Position numbers and translations under genes: made by a program | Notes under the pieces: model-generated | Told to the model about the DNA's origin: nothing | Seen by the model: the letters and a program-made list of their open reading frames with translations, nothing else | Databases searched by the model: none | Shown: one piece after another, positions 25,438 to 35,633 of the stretch | How positions within the stretch are numbered: position 1 is the first letter of the stretch | Layout: each line of letters opens with the position of its first letter | DNA from: a virus | Taxonomy: Duplodnaviria > Caudoviricetes | Strand: one strand, 5' to 3' | Virus record (IMG/VR): IMGVR_UViG_3300043432_000485 | Coordinates: 96,001 to 160,000 of that record | DNA length: 64,000 nt

Positions 25438-28380
25438 TCAGAGCACAGTGCCGGTAGCCGCCACGCTGGCCGAACCAGCCATCGTAGCTTGAGAAGCCAA
25501 AAGGACATTCGCGGAGCTAGCCACGTCTGCCTCACCGTCCATGAAAATTTCCAGGTAGGTTCTGCTCGTGGTGTTCCCTGGGGGGATAGGTGCCGGAGCG
25601 GTGGCCCACCCAATGAGCCCGTTGTTCAAGTCTGGAGCTACACCAGACGGGTTGGAGATCACCACGCTGGATCCAGAAATGAACGCGGTGATCAAGAATG
25701 ACCCGTTGTTGGCTGGGGTATTTGCTCCGTAAATGGTCACAGTATTACCCACATCACTTGCTGCCATACCAACGAGCCCGGTAAGGGTCAAAAACCCGGG
25801 GGCCGCAGGAAGAATGTTTGAGAGTCCTCCAGATTTGAGTACCGCCGCCGTAATGAAGCCTGGAGGCTTGACCCAAGTGATGGCCCCATTGTTTGCGTCC
25901 GGGGCACCTACACCAAAAGGGTTGACAATCTGCACACTTGTGGGGTCCAGGAATGCCACTATTTTAAATGTTCCATTATTTCCAGAATACCCAGCCCCAG
26001 AAAGGGTCAAGAATCCCCCTAAAGAGATCACCGGAGACATCCCAGATAATCCGGTCAATGTGCCGATAGGGACAGGAGGGGACAGGGGCATCAATGGATC
26101 AACCCCAACAGTGAACCCTGAGATGCTGGCTGTAGCTCCCGTATAGGGTGTATCGGAGTTGAGCAGGTTATTGTTGAACAGGCGCCAGCTCGTGATGTTC
26201 AGCAGAGATACACGGGTAAGGTCCCAAGTCTCCGCGAGCGTGATGTCACAAATCGAATCCACAGGAGGGGGCACATGCTCGGTAGTCGAGGTGTCTGGGC
26301 CTCCTGGCACCGGGGCTGGCATGGTCAGCTCGAACTTGGCATCAACCATCCGCGGGAAAGCTGCCCACAGCGCCGCGTCTGAATTCAGGGTCGTGATCGG
26401 CGGAACATAGGGAATTGGGTCGATTCCTGCCCACTGGGCAGGGGTCCAGCTCGAAAGACCGAAGGTGACCAAGACTGGAGGGTCGATTGGCTGCGGCGGG
26501 TGGTACTCGTCAAAGGCACGGGTGCAAACGTCCACTTCTTCCACCTGAATGATGGAGTTGGGTGCCGAGTTTTGGAGTGCCGGAGAAAAGAATACCAAAC
26601 CTCCATGAATTCCATATAGTCCGTTTTGAACCTCGCCCGAAAAATCAGTAACTGAGACCTGCGTCCGAAGCGCGTTCTCCACCCACTGGAACACAGACGT
26701 GTTGGGGCTCAAAGCGACTAAAGCAGCGGTTACGATTCCTGGGTCAGTAGTGACTTGATAGTGCCGCTCATCTACTAGGTTCTCACCGAGGAGCAGCACC
26801 GTGGACCTGGTGTTGCTAGACTGCTCAGCCACCACAGACAGGATCGAGATCGCGGTGCCGTTTAAATCTGTGAGCTGATACTTCGCTGGGTCTGTCAATG
26901 CTGAATTCTGCAGCATCACATCTGAGAACACTACTCGAACCCTGGTTTTGCTCGTAGCAACCGCGAATAGCGTAGGAGAGGCAGGGACACCTACGAAGGA
27001 TTGAGACGCTAGATACGGGCTTAGAGGTTGTCCGAAGTACCCCCTAGCAGATCCAATCGTGACCGTGTACAAAGGACCAGTCAAAGGATCCGTATTCAAC
27101 AGGACTGACTGGGTGCTCTCTATTGAGATAGAGTGGATCGTGACTAGCGGAGAAATGGAGTAGTTGAACAGGGCCAGTAACCCTGGGAATCCTACGTCAA
27201 ACATGTCCGTGTACCGCACACGGACCAAGGTCTGAGACAATGCTTCTGCCGACAACAAACCGTAGGGCGGACGAGTGCCTCCGTACGGACTATTACCATA
27301 CCCGTCTTCACCCCACTCACCAAGGGTTAGAGGATCTGCATTAAGGTCCGATCCTCCAGAAAGGGTCGCGGTGATTTCTATGCGGACATAGTTTGGGCTT
27401 GGGGACAAAGAGGATGAACCGGCCATCGTGGCCTGTGCATTTCTTGACACTTTGGTGTTGGCAACAACTGCCGCTATGCCCTGCATGCTGGCAGTGACCA
27501 ACGATATAGGGTTAGCTATACCAAGGATCGAGTTACCTGCCATGGCAGAGGTAATCGCAATCGGAAGTGAGGAGGCGGACATGGCGGAGGAACCGTCCAT
27601 GGAGACCGCGGCTGCAAGCTTATTCCCCGCTGATGCGACTACCGTAGCAGTGGCATCAGCGGACCCACTAACGCTATATGTAGCAGTGGCATCCTGAGAG
27701 AAAGAAGCAAATCCCTGAGGATTAGAGTCGATCCTGTTTTGATCTGCCGCTTGAGAAGAAGAGCCAGCCATTACAGAAGTGCCAGCAGCGATCAGAGAAG
27801 CGGTGGCCGAAACCGCGGATGATCCTGCAGCAGTTGCATTGAATAGTTCGGACAGTTGAGGACTCAAGTTAGAGTCGCCAGGCATCACCGAAGTGACGTT
27901 CTCCCCTAGGGGGCCAGACAAAGAGGAGGTAGCGGGTGCTGTGGCAGTGGCACTGTAAGCTACTGTTGGGGCGGAAGTCTGAGAGGCACTGCCGGCCGCT
28001 GTCATAGCGCCAGCATAGGAAGCAGTCGGGTCGGCAGTCTGAGAAGAGCTGCCAGCTGCCGTCATAGATACAGAATAGGAAGCATCGGCAGTCTGAGAAG
28101 AGCTGCCAGCTGCTGTCATGGAACCAGCGTAGGATGCCGTCGGGCTGGCAGCCTGAGACGAACTGCCGGCCGCTGTCATAGCGCCAGCATAGGAGGCAGT
28201 TAGAGAAGAAGTCTGAGACGAACTACCGGCTGCCGCCACAGCACCAGCGTAGGAGGCAGCCGGGTCAGCAGTCTGAGAAGAGCTGCCAGCTGCTGTCAAA
28301 GTTCCAGCATATACCACATCTGGGGCGGCAGACTGGGAAGAGTCTCCTGGTAGGTTTGCATCTATCTCTACGATTGCCAT
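25438..28380 (-). CDS. Ser/Ala-rich repetitive structural protein with Ig-like domains
   Basis: 980 aa. N-terminal ~20-aa repeats, two Ig-like modules (VRVRYTD.../VRVVFSD...), and a C-terminal return to the A.MAGS.S motif. Confidence 0.75.
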   Translation of the reverse strand: MAIVEIDANLPGDSSQSAAPDVVYAGTLTAAGSSSQTADPAASYAGAVAAAGSSSQTSSLTASYAGAMTAAGSSSQAASPTASYAGSMTAAGSSSQTADASYSVSMTAAGSSSQTADPTASYAGAMTAAGSASQTSAPTVAYSATATAPATSSLSGPLGENVTSVMPGDSNLSPQLSELFNATAAGSSAVSATASLIAAGTSVMAGSSSQAADQNRIDSNPQGFASFSQDATATYSVSGSADATATVVASAGNKLAAAVSMDGSSAMSASSLPIAITSAMAGNSILGIANPISLVTASMQGIAAVVANTKVSRNAQATMAGSSSLSPSPNYVRIEITATLSGGSDLNADPLTLGEWGEDGYGNSPYGGTRPPYGLLSAEALSQTLVRVRYTDMFDVGFPGLLALFNYSISPLVTIHSISIESTQSVLLNTDPLTGPLYTVTIGSARGYFGQPLSPYLASQSFVGVPASPTLFAVATSKTRVRVVFSDVMLQNSALTDPAKYQLTDLNGTAISILSVVAEQSSNTRSTVLLLGENLVDERHYQVTTDPGIVTAALVALSPNTSVFQWVENALRTQVSVTDFSGEVQNGLYGIHGGLVFFSPALQNSAPNSIIQVEEVDVCTRAFDEYHPPQPIDPPVLVTFGLSSWTPAQWAGIDPIPYVPPITTLNSDAALWAAFPRMVDAKFELTMPAPVPGGPDTSTTEHVPPPVDSICDITLAETWDLTRVSLLNITSWRLFNNNLLNSDTPYTGATASISGFTVGVDPLMPLSPPVPIGTLTGLSGMSPVISLGGFLTLSGAGYSGNNGTFKIVAFLDPTSVQIVNPFGVGAPDANNGAITWVKPPGFITAAVLKSGGLSNILPAAPGFLTLTGLVGMAASDVGNTVTIYGANTPANNGSFLITAFISGSSVVISNPSGVAPDLNNGLIGWATAPAPIPPGNTTSRTYLEIFMDGEADVASSANVLLASQATMAGSASVAATGTVL
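27950..28340 (-). repeat. About six coding tandem repeats of ~60 bp (xxPTASYAGAMTAAGSSSQT)
   Basis: DNA-level repeats such as GCAGTCTGAGAAGAGCTGCCAGCTGC(C/T)GTCA on the + strand. One unit is 6 bp shorter. Confidence 0.85.
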
Positions 28381-28394
28381 TGCTTCACCCTTGC

Positions 28395-31300
28395 TTAGCT
28401 ATCGATGAAGATTTGGATGGAGGAAGTACCAGGGTCCCGTACAAGCCGGTAGTCATGGTATGCCCCGTCATAGAAATCAAACGGGATGCCTCCTACGGTT
28501 CTTCCGTTATTCAAGTCCACAGCCAATACATAGCGCTCCCCGAGAGGAGTGGTCACAAAAGCCAGACCAATAGTCACTCCCGGAGACGAGAATCCAACCC
28601 TGGCCTGACTGTCACCCAAACCTCCTGAAGAGTCCAGGAGGAGCTTCAGCCTGAACTTGACCTCGGTCTGCAAACCTATGGCGTCTGGAAGTGGGGTATT
28701 GTTCCTGTACGTGGTGCGCGTTCCGGTGGCATCCGTTCCATACGTCAGGACTCCAGCAAACGCAGACGCAAACTGGTGCGCAGGATTGTCGCTAGCTCGC
28801 GTCCAAGGGGACGCGGCGGTGGTGTCATTCTCCGGAAGGGTTGCTGCATCGTAGGTCAAGCACACCGTGTTCTGGAACGACAGAGGGCTAGAGGCAGGCC
28901 AGAATGTCGGTTCACACTCGTCATCGAATGGAGCGATCAAACCCGAGGCGCCGGTGGGGGTCTCAATCACCTGCAGACTGTTGTACAGGACGTCATCCGG
29001 AACCAGGATCTCAATCCTCTGGGCCGCATTGTTCAACAGGAATCCCGCACTATTGAGTACGTCTTCGGGCCTGTTGAGCCCCGCTATAGAAACGAGCACA
29101 GGGGTGGGGCGCCGCACCTCGTATGTCTGCGTTGAAGGCACCAAAGGTGTTTGGTCATTCAACAACGTGTAGGCTACGACATTCGTGTTTCTGAGCAGGT
29201 CCGGTTCAGCCTGAGGAGGCACACCTTCAGACTCGCTCCAGTAATCAGTGTGCGTATGGGCGATGTTCGTACGATGGTGCTCGAAGCTCGCCATGATGTT
29301 GCGCTGATTCAATATCTGGTGATGAGGCACAACCCCCAATGCAGACACCGAACGGACGGCCCCGTACCTGACGTAATCCCAGCTAGATTGAGAAAGGTTG
29401 GCAGGGTCAAATGCTCCCCACACGATCGAAGGGAGACCGCCAGATAGCACCCGCGCTATCCCTGCCCCACTCGGGGGAAGGTCAAGCGTGTTGTACTCGG
29501 CATGGATGAAGGGTTGGGTCACAGCGTCAAAGAAGACTGATACCCCTCCATCTGGGTCTTTCACGATTCGATACCGGTGGGCTGATGACCAATCGGTCTC
29601 AACTACTATGCGGTAGTCCACCACAGAAGGCTGGGAGGGGAAGCTGGGGGCCGTCGTAACAGAGGTGGCACCCACAGACGCGATTGTGTACACCCCTTTA
29701 TTGTCCCCAGTGTCGACCACTACCCGGTCGCCAATCTGGACTCCATTGGTCACAAAATCAGCCTGAGAATCCTGCAACACGTTGCCACTCACAGAGGCGC
29801 CTCGGCCAGCTGTCCGAAGAGGCAAATGGTACCCAGTCAAAGAGTTAGGATCATAGCCCTTCCACAACCCCACGTACTTCTTGACCGGATTGACACGCCA
29901 GAAGTTAGCGTATGCCCACAACACTGAGGACAATGACTGGACACTCAAGGGCGTGGCAGAACCAAAGGAGACCAGGCCGGTGACTGAAGAGGGAGTCACT
30001 GTGAAGTTGCTGTACGGAGTTGCTCCCAAGAAGGTGCCATCCACGAACAAGCTGACCAGGTCTCCGCCTGTGGACTTGACTGCTCGATACGTGTGAAATT
30101 CCCCATCTAACCAATCGAATGCGAACTGCCCGCCCGGAACCAGATTGCCGTCTGAATGAAGTTCCACGTAACGCAGTCCCGCAATCTCCGTGAGCTGGAT
30201 CCCGACTGAGCGGAGGCTGTCGTAAACCGAGGACATCACGCCCGCGAATCCAACCACGTCCGTTGTGTAGCTCAACACCTGGGCACGGAATTCCAAGATG
30301 TAGTCCGTGGTTGAACCAACGACACGGTTCGGGGATCCTATGATCTCGTTGTCGTCCAAGAAGTAGACAAGCCCGTCCGAAGTCGTGGTGTCGTCAATCT
30401 GGAGGTACTGACCAATCATTGTTGGGGTGGCCCCACCAGATTGACTCCACAGATACGGGGTAAATTGGTTAGGTAAAGCTCTCCCTCCGTAGCTGAACTT
30501 GGGGGATGCGGTGTCTGGGAAAAAGCTCAGCTGAATGAGCCGATCCCCATCATCGATTGCTGCCATCACGGCATTCGGGGTGATCCCGTGGGTAAACGTC
30601 CGGAGCGCCACGTTGACATCTAGCACTGTGTCAAAGGACTCAGACAACAGTGGCTCGATGCGAGAGTACCCCTTGAAGTCTCCACTGATCAGCCCAGCGC
30701 TGGATTCAGACGGTAGGTCCGTGGCACTGGTTGAGTCCAACAGCAGGGACACCCCAGACTGAATGGTCTCTGTGCCGTGGAAGCCGACTGGAGTCCACGG
30801 CTGGGACGCTGACTCAGGAGAAGTGGTTCCCTCATATGCCACGAACACCGAGGGGGCTGTCTGAAGAGGGTTGATCGGGATCGCCGTGTAACGAACGAAG
30901 CTCCACGTGGACGTGCTTTCAGCAGTCCGGGACAAGGACCCGAAGAAAGCCCCCTGCAGCTCGTTGAAAGGGGCGTTCAGCTCCTCTAGGAAAGGCAGTT
31001 CCGCCGGAAGGACTCTCAACGTAGGAACGATGGAGCCGTCCACATAGACATTGATGATGCCAGTGCGCTCTCTGAATACGCGGTAGCTCCTGACAATGGA
31101 CCAATCCAAATCTGATGGCAACCCAGTGGGGGAACCAGTCCCATCTAGTCCCCCAGTCCATGCAGAAACAGATGACGGATCATTACCGAAACCGGCCTTC
31201 AGTATGCCAAACTTTTTGGAGCCATCCTTCAGGAAGCCAATCACAACGGCCTTCTGTCCATCGGAGTAGCCGGCCGATACCCCAGTGAACACCCCCTCTG

Positions 31301-33323
31301 TGGTTGGCGTAGCATTGATCTTCATGCGCCACGCAATCGCGTAAACGTGAGGGAAGGTCAGATCGAGTTCGTGGGACCAGAAAAGAGGGTCGCCCCCCGG
31401 AAATGGACCCGTGGTGTTGTCAACCACCACAAGGTCCGAGCCAACTATGGATGCTAAGCCTGAACCTTTTCGGATCCAAGGGTCTACCGGGTCCAACTCT
31501 GGGAGCACCGTACCCTGGTAGTTCACGAACGTTTCCTCCAACGTTCTGGACATCGGAGGGAACGCAATACGATGGTTCGGGGAGTTCAGCAAAAGCAGGC
31601 TAGGGTCGTTGAGCCCGACCGAGTAGGCCCTCTCGTACGCACGATACTTCAAGTCGCGTTGCTGTGGTTGCTCGATCTCCGCCCGCATGTCCAGGGCGAC
31701 AAACGAGGAGGGCTTGACCAGCGTATTGTTGTAGCGGTACTTGTGCCGAGACACGTCGTTCGGACGATTGTTGTCCCGGTTCCAGTTGTTAAGCCGAAAC
31801 TCCTGTGAGTTCAGTCTGCGGAAGTCCACCACCGGGTTGCAAATCCAAGAATAGTCAATCTCCACGGTATCAGTTGCACTTGGCACCGTGGGAAGAACCA
31901 CCTGACCCAACAAACCGATCACCGCATCGGGAGTGACAGGGATATTGTTGACGCGCACCACCACGTCTGCCGCATCATCCGCTATCTCACCATTTCTCGG
32001 ATCGAACAAGGTCCATCCGATCGTTCCATTAGCTACATCGGGGAGAGTAAAGCTGGAGTCCAGCTTCACTACGGTGGCGGACACTCTAGAAGTGATCCGG
32101 TAAGTCCCGGCATTCAGGGTCCCGGTCAATGTGATGTAGAGCCCGACGTGCTGAGCAGTGATCACCGCCGTCGGAAGGGTCAGCTGAGTTTGGCTGTTGA
32201 TGGTAGCAGTGGCTCCACTCTGCAGAGTGAGCGCGGGCTTCGTGATGGGACCGTGGTCCGTGTAAACGGAACGAGACTCCAGCGCGGGGGAGCCAGTGAA
32301 AATCGCTTGATTGAATGTTGGATCGATCGGGTTGCCCGCCACATCGTGAGGTGTTCCGCTCGCATTCACTGCCAGGGTATAGGTCCCGGTCCCCATGCCC
32401 ACCGTGGTCAGCATGACCCTCGACGGTGTGATCGTCTGAACCGTCTTGACCTGTACCGTAGAAGGCCCTGTGATTGTGTACTCGCTCGGAGACAGAAGCG
32501 TCGGATCAATGCGCATCGTGTCCGAGAAGTCGATGATTACTTGGCCGGAAGCCAGCTGAGAAGCGGACTGCACTCTTGGCTTGTCCGAGACAGCTGTGAA
32601 AGATTGCTGATCGTTGTAAGGGGCGCCCGTGTTGGTTCCCAGGCCGGACACAAACAACGTGTAGGGTGCTCCTGAGGTGGGCTTGTTGATCGTGAGACCT
32701 ACTCCCTGCAGAGGGGACGTATGGGTCCAGGCTATCTGGCGCTCTTCAGATACAGGGTACTCCCTGTCAAGAATCACCGCCCCATCACCATTGATCCCAA
32801 CCACCCTAAACGTGAAAGTGGTAGCGGAATCCTGCAACGTGATGTAGTCCCCAATGCTGAAAGGGACTGTCGCCCCTATGGCATAGAACAACCGCGTGTG
32901 TGACGGCTGGATGTAGTCCAGGTCCGCTCGCATCCCGGAGGAACCTTGGGCATGCATCGACGTCTGATGCTGTGCCGACAAGCTCGATTGCCCGGCTAGG
33001 GTGGCTTGCCCTTGCAACAGCATCCTGGCCTGTCCTTGCATCGCCGAGTTGGCCGTGCTGAGAACATGGGCTAGAGTGGCGTTGGCCGTGAACCCTGAGG
33101 ACCCCTGAACGATACAGAAAGGGTTGCCCGAGGGCTTCCCGACGAATCCGAACCCAGTCCCGTATGTGGTGAACAGCAATTCGACGGCTTGAACCCCAAC
33201 AGGAACCGCACCCACGCCCGGCTGCACGCGATAGTGAACCGGATCCGCAGCCCCTCGGAATGCCAGAGGGGTGCTGAATGTCACGGTGAGCAAGGTGCCG
33301 TTGCTGTTTACGATCATTGTCAC
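28395..33323 (-). CDS. Large fibre/baseplate protein with Ig-like domains and four concanavalin/LamG-like modules
   Basis: 1642 aa. Ig-like FS..MR.D..LL.P.EY.ITG, then four repeats each starting Y...LP...PW and ending DW..H.YR.V....V.VFVD. Confidence 0.75.
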   Translation of the reverse strand: MTMIVNSNGTLLTVTFSTPLAFRGAADPVHYRVQPGVGAVPVGVQAVELLFTTYGTGFGFVGKPSGNPFCIVQGSSGFTANATLAHVLSTANSAMQGQARMLLQGQATLAGQSSLSAQHQTSMHAQGSSGMRADLDYIQPSHTRLFYAIGATVPFSIGDYITLQDSATTFTFRVVGINGDGAVILDREYPVSEERQIAWTHTSPLQGVGLTINKPTSGAPYTLFVSGLGTNTGAPYNDQQSFTAVSDKPRVQSASQLASGQVIIDFSDTMRIDPTLLSPSEYTITGPSTVQVKTVQTITPSRVMLTTVGMGTGTYTLAVNASGTPHDVAGNPIDPTFNQAIFTGSPALESRSVYTDHGPITKPALTLQSGATATINSQTQLTLPTAVITAQHVGLYITLTGTLNAGTYRITSRVSATVVKLDSSFTLPDVANGTIGWTLFDPRNGEIADDAADVVVRVNNIPVTPDAVIGLLGQVVLPTVPSATDTVEIDYSWICNPVVDFRRLNSQEFRLNNWNRDNNRPNDVSRHKYRYNNTLVKPSSFVALDMRAEIEQPQQRDLKYRAYERAYSVGLNDPSLLLLNSPNHRIAFPPMSRTLEETFVNYQGTVLPELDPVDPWIRKGSGLASIVGSDLVVVDNTTGPFPGGDPLFWSHELDLTFPHVYAIAWRMKINATPTTEGVFTGVSAGYSDGQKAVVIGFLKDGSKKFGILKAGFGNDPSSVSAWTGGLDGTGSPTGLPSDLDWSIVRSYRVFRERTGIINVYVDGSIVPTLRVLPAELPFLEELNAPFNELQGAFFGSLSRTAESTSTWSFVRYTAIPINPLQTAPSVFVAYEGTTSPESASQPWTPVGFHGTETIQSGVSLLLDSTSATDLPSESSAGLISGDFKGYSRIEPLLSESFDTVLDVNVALRTFTHGITPNAVMAAIDDGDRLIQLSFFPDTASPKFSYGGRALPNQFTPYLWSQSGGATPTMIGQYLQIDDTTTSDGLVYFLDDNEIIGSPNRVVGSTTDYILEFRAQVLSYTTDVVGFAGVMSSVYDSLRSVGIQLTEIAGLRYVELHSDGNLVPGGQFAFDWLDGEFHTYRAVKSTGGDLVSLFVDGTFLGATPYSNFTVTPSSVTGLVSFGSATPLSVQSLSSVLWAYANFWRVNPVKKYVGLWKGYDPNSLTGYHLPLRTAGRGASVSGNVLQDSQADFVTNGVQIGDRVVVDTGDNKGVYTIASVGATSVTTAPSFPSQPSVVDYRIVVETDWSSAHRYRIVKDPDGGVSVFFDAVTQPFIHAEYNTLDLPPSGAGIARVLSGGLPSIVWGAFDPANLSQSSWDYVRYGAVRSVSALGVVPHHQILNQRNIMASFEHHRTNIAHTHTDYWSESEGVPPQAEPDLLRNTNVVAYTLLNDQTPLVPSTQTYEVRRPTPVLVSIAGLNRPEDVLNSAGFLLNNAAQRIEILVPDDVLYNSLQVIETPTGASGLIAPFDDECEPTFWPASSPLSFQNTVCLTYDAATLPENDTTAASPWTRASDNPAHQFASAFAGVLTYGTDATGTRTTYRNNTPLPDAIGLQTEVKFRLKLLLDSSGGLGDSQARVGFSSPGVTIGLAFVTTPLGERYVLAVDLNNGRTVGGIPFDFYDGAYHDYRLVRDPGTSSIQIFIDS

Positions 33324-34828
33324 GGATGCAGGAATAGAGAAGGATTCTGCTTGATGAAGCGCTCAAGTGCGCGCCGAGCCCGAGGAGCTACACCAACCTC
33401 TTGGGTTCCCGATCTGTGGGAAAAAATATTCTCACGAAGAGCAAACCGGGCTGCAACCTTGAGTGCCAGCCTCATGACCTGCTTGCCGTAAAGGCCAGAC
33501 AAGGACAGGGCACGCTGCATACGAAACTTAGCGGTTGAGGTCAACTTCTCCGGGGCTCCCATGAACGCCACAAAAGACTCGGCAAAGTCCTCCTTCTCAT
33601 TCGTCATACCGTAGTCTGATACGATCTCAAGTTTGGCCATGGCCTCATCGACTGCCTTAGCAATCGCTGGGTCACTCTCTGACATCTCAGCTACTGTCTC
33701 TGACGGGACACCGTAATCCCCCGCCCAAGTCAGACCAAGCCTATCTGCTATTTGCTCAGCTTTTCGTGTCAAGCGCTCTTGAAAGTCCGGATCCGTTGTC
33801 TCCAACCGGAAGTTCTCTTTCATGTACCTCGCCGGATTGGATAGGAAGTCGAACACTGGCTTACCCTCCTTGGTAAGCTTCCATTGCTTAGCCGTGATCA
33901 ACGGGTTCCCCATCAAAGGGGATCTGAGCCATGCGCCGTATTTGACCTTGGCTGCTCCCTTCAACTTCTTGGCCACACGACCAATGTCCCAGTCGTTGTC
34001 CTTCAAGAGGTCGTAGAACTCCAAGCGTTCCGCATGAGTGATCTTGCCGAACAGGTCGTCCTTGATCTTTTTCTTCTCGTTGACCTCAGCCCAACCTTGA
34101 TCCCAAGCAGCTTTGGCATCGGGCGGAAGAAAATGAAGATGAACGTGATGCCCTACTTCGTGCAGGAACACCTCGTTGACCCACTTCATAAAGCGGCCCT
34201 TACCTGCGCCTGCAGCCTTGGCGGACATTTCGATCTCCCGGGCCGCAGGTATGTAATACCCGAAGGTAGTGAAGTTGCCTTGGCCTTCACCCAGAGCAGG
34301 CATCAGCCTGACTGTCGTAATGGTCTCCCTCAGGATAGGGGTCACTCCCCTTTTCTTGAACAGCGCCACCACATAGTCGACACCTTCTAGGAGCATGCGG
34401 CACTGGACTTCCCCCATGCGCTCTGGGTTTTCAATCTTGAACCCCTGGTAAGAAAAACGTGCTGGTGCGGAGCGGTCCAAAGCCCCCTGAATCTCGGCAG
34501 CATAGGCATCCAAAAGCTCAAAGAACTGAGACGGCTCCGCCTTGCCCTCAAGGACCTCCATGACCTTTCGGCCTGGTATCGATTGCATGCTAGGCATCTC
34601 GGACAAGTTGAAGCACTCGGTTAGCCATCTCTTGAAAGGGCCGTCCCATATCGGAGCCGTCCCATCGTGTCGAAACGCAAACCTCCCCAGCAGCTCTTCG
34701 AACTTCGCTATCTCTTTCTCGGAATCCGGGAGATTGTTCCGGAACTTCTGAGCCTCATCATATTTGCGCTGGAACTGCCTTACTGCATCCATCGCATCCT
34801 CAAAGAGACTGGTAGGCTTAGAAGTCAT
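33320..34828 (-). CDS. Putative zincin metallopeptidase (HExxH)
   Basis: EVFLHEVGHHVH with downstream YGMTNEKEDFAESF (third-ligand Glu and Tyr pattern of lethal-factor/MuF-associated zincins). Confidence 0.7.
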   Translation of the reverse strand: MTSKPTSLFEDAMDAVRQFQRKYDEAQKFRNNLPDSEKEIAKFEELLGRFAFRHDGTAPIWDGPFKRWLTECFNLSEMPSMQSIPGRKVMEVLEGKAEPSQFFELLDAYAAEIQGALDRSAPARFSYQGFKIENPERMGEVQCRMLLEGVDYVVALFKKRGVTPILRETITTVRLMPALGEGQGNFTTFGYYIPAAREIEMSAKAAGAGKGRFMKWVNEVFLHEVGHHVHLHFLPPDAKAAWDQGWAEVNEKKKIKDDLFGKITHAERLEFYDLLKDNDWDIGRVAKKLKGAAKVKYGAWLRSPLMGNPLITAKQWKLTKEGKPVFDFLSNPARYMKENFRLETTDPDFQERLTRKAEQIADRLGLTWAGDYGVPSETVAEMSESDPAIAKAVDEAMAKLEIVSDYGMTNEKEDFAESFVAFMGAPEKLTSTAKFRMQRALSLSGLYGKQVMRLALKVAARFALRENIFSHRSGTQEVGVAPRARRALERFIKQNPSLFLHP

Positions 34829-35633
34829 CGCTGTGGTCCTCTCCGGTGACCACTTGATTCACCTTGGTGCCAAGCCGATCTCTGTCTTTGATGCCCTGCC
34901 AGTAATGACGAAAGTCGTCATAGTGGTAGATGGACATCTTCCAACGCATGGCGTCCAGAATGCGTCCAATTGTGTCATTGGGGATGTAGGTATCCGTGAA
35001 GATGTACCGGATCCGGAACAGCGTGTGAGCTGGCCTGACCAGATCTAAGAGCTGCCTGATCGCAGAGTCCGCCTCGAAGATGTTTGGTGGGAACCCACCC
35101 CCGGGAGGAGCGATATAGTCGATGTTGAAGATGAATTCATCCGAGATGTCCAGCCCGCTCGCTCCCTGTCGGACGAGCAAGAAGTCCTCGGTCACCGTCA
35201 CGTTGCCGGAGAAAAAGAGGTCAACCACATCCTTCATCGACTGTGGCACTGAGCCCTGGAAGTAGATCCGAACCAGATTGAGGAAGAACTGACGAAACTC
35301 CTCATCCGAGAATCCAAGATCCGGGAGCTTGTTGTTGACCAGTACGAGGTACCCGACGATCGACCAGAGGAAATCGGATCTGGTGTGCTGGAAGTCACGA
35401 TCTCTATCCACGTCCTCCAAGGCAAGCTCAAGCCTGGACAGCTCCACCGCCACAGCCTTCAGAGCCTGGGTGTAGTTGGGGCCTTGAATCGCGCTAGAAT
35501 ACGAACTGGGTAGGAGATTGAGCAGGGTGGAGAAGATCGTCTGGGATCTCTGCATCAAGCGGAGGGAGTACTCCTTCCCGCGTTGTTCCACAGTGCTATT
35601 TAGCCTGTTTGAATCATAAACAAACCTAGCCAT
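34818..35633 (-). CDS. Baseplate wedge protein, P2 gpI-like
   Basis: Follows the J-like gene. DFLWSIVGYLV, FR.FFLNLVRIYFQGS, LLDLVRPAHT match gpI-type motifs. Start moved to ATG 35633 (MARFVYD), overlapping the endonuclease stop. Confidence 0.75.
   Translation of the reverse strand: MARFVYDSNRLNSTVEQRGKEYSLRLMQRSQTIFSTLLNLLPSSYSSAIQGPNYTQALKAVAVELSRLELALEDVDRDRDFQHTRSDFLWSIVGYLVLVNNKLPDLGFSDEEFRQFFLNLVRIYFQGSVPQSMKDVVDLFFSGNVTVTEDFLLVRQGASGLDISDEFIFNIDYIAPPGGGFPPNIFEADSAIRQLLDLVRPAHTLFRIRYIFTDTYIPNDTIGRILDAMRWKMSIYHYDDFRHYWQGIKDRDRLGTKVNQVVTGEDHSDDF

Noticed and set aside
27950-28340. CRISPR array or DGR template/variable repeat pair
   Set aside because: The units are in-frame coding repeats with no unique spacers. 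Differences are not adenine-specific, and no cas or reverse transcriptase gene is present.
28381-28397. Read-through fusing the 1642-aa and 980-aa proteins
   Set aside because: The stop is TAA and the next ATG is 14 nt away, out of frame. No slippery site is evident.
33380-33500. C-terminal LALKVAARF segment as a virion-packaging or protease signal
   Set aside because: It occurs only once in the window, so no motif can be established from this sequence.
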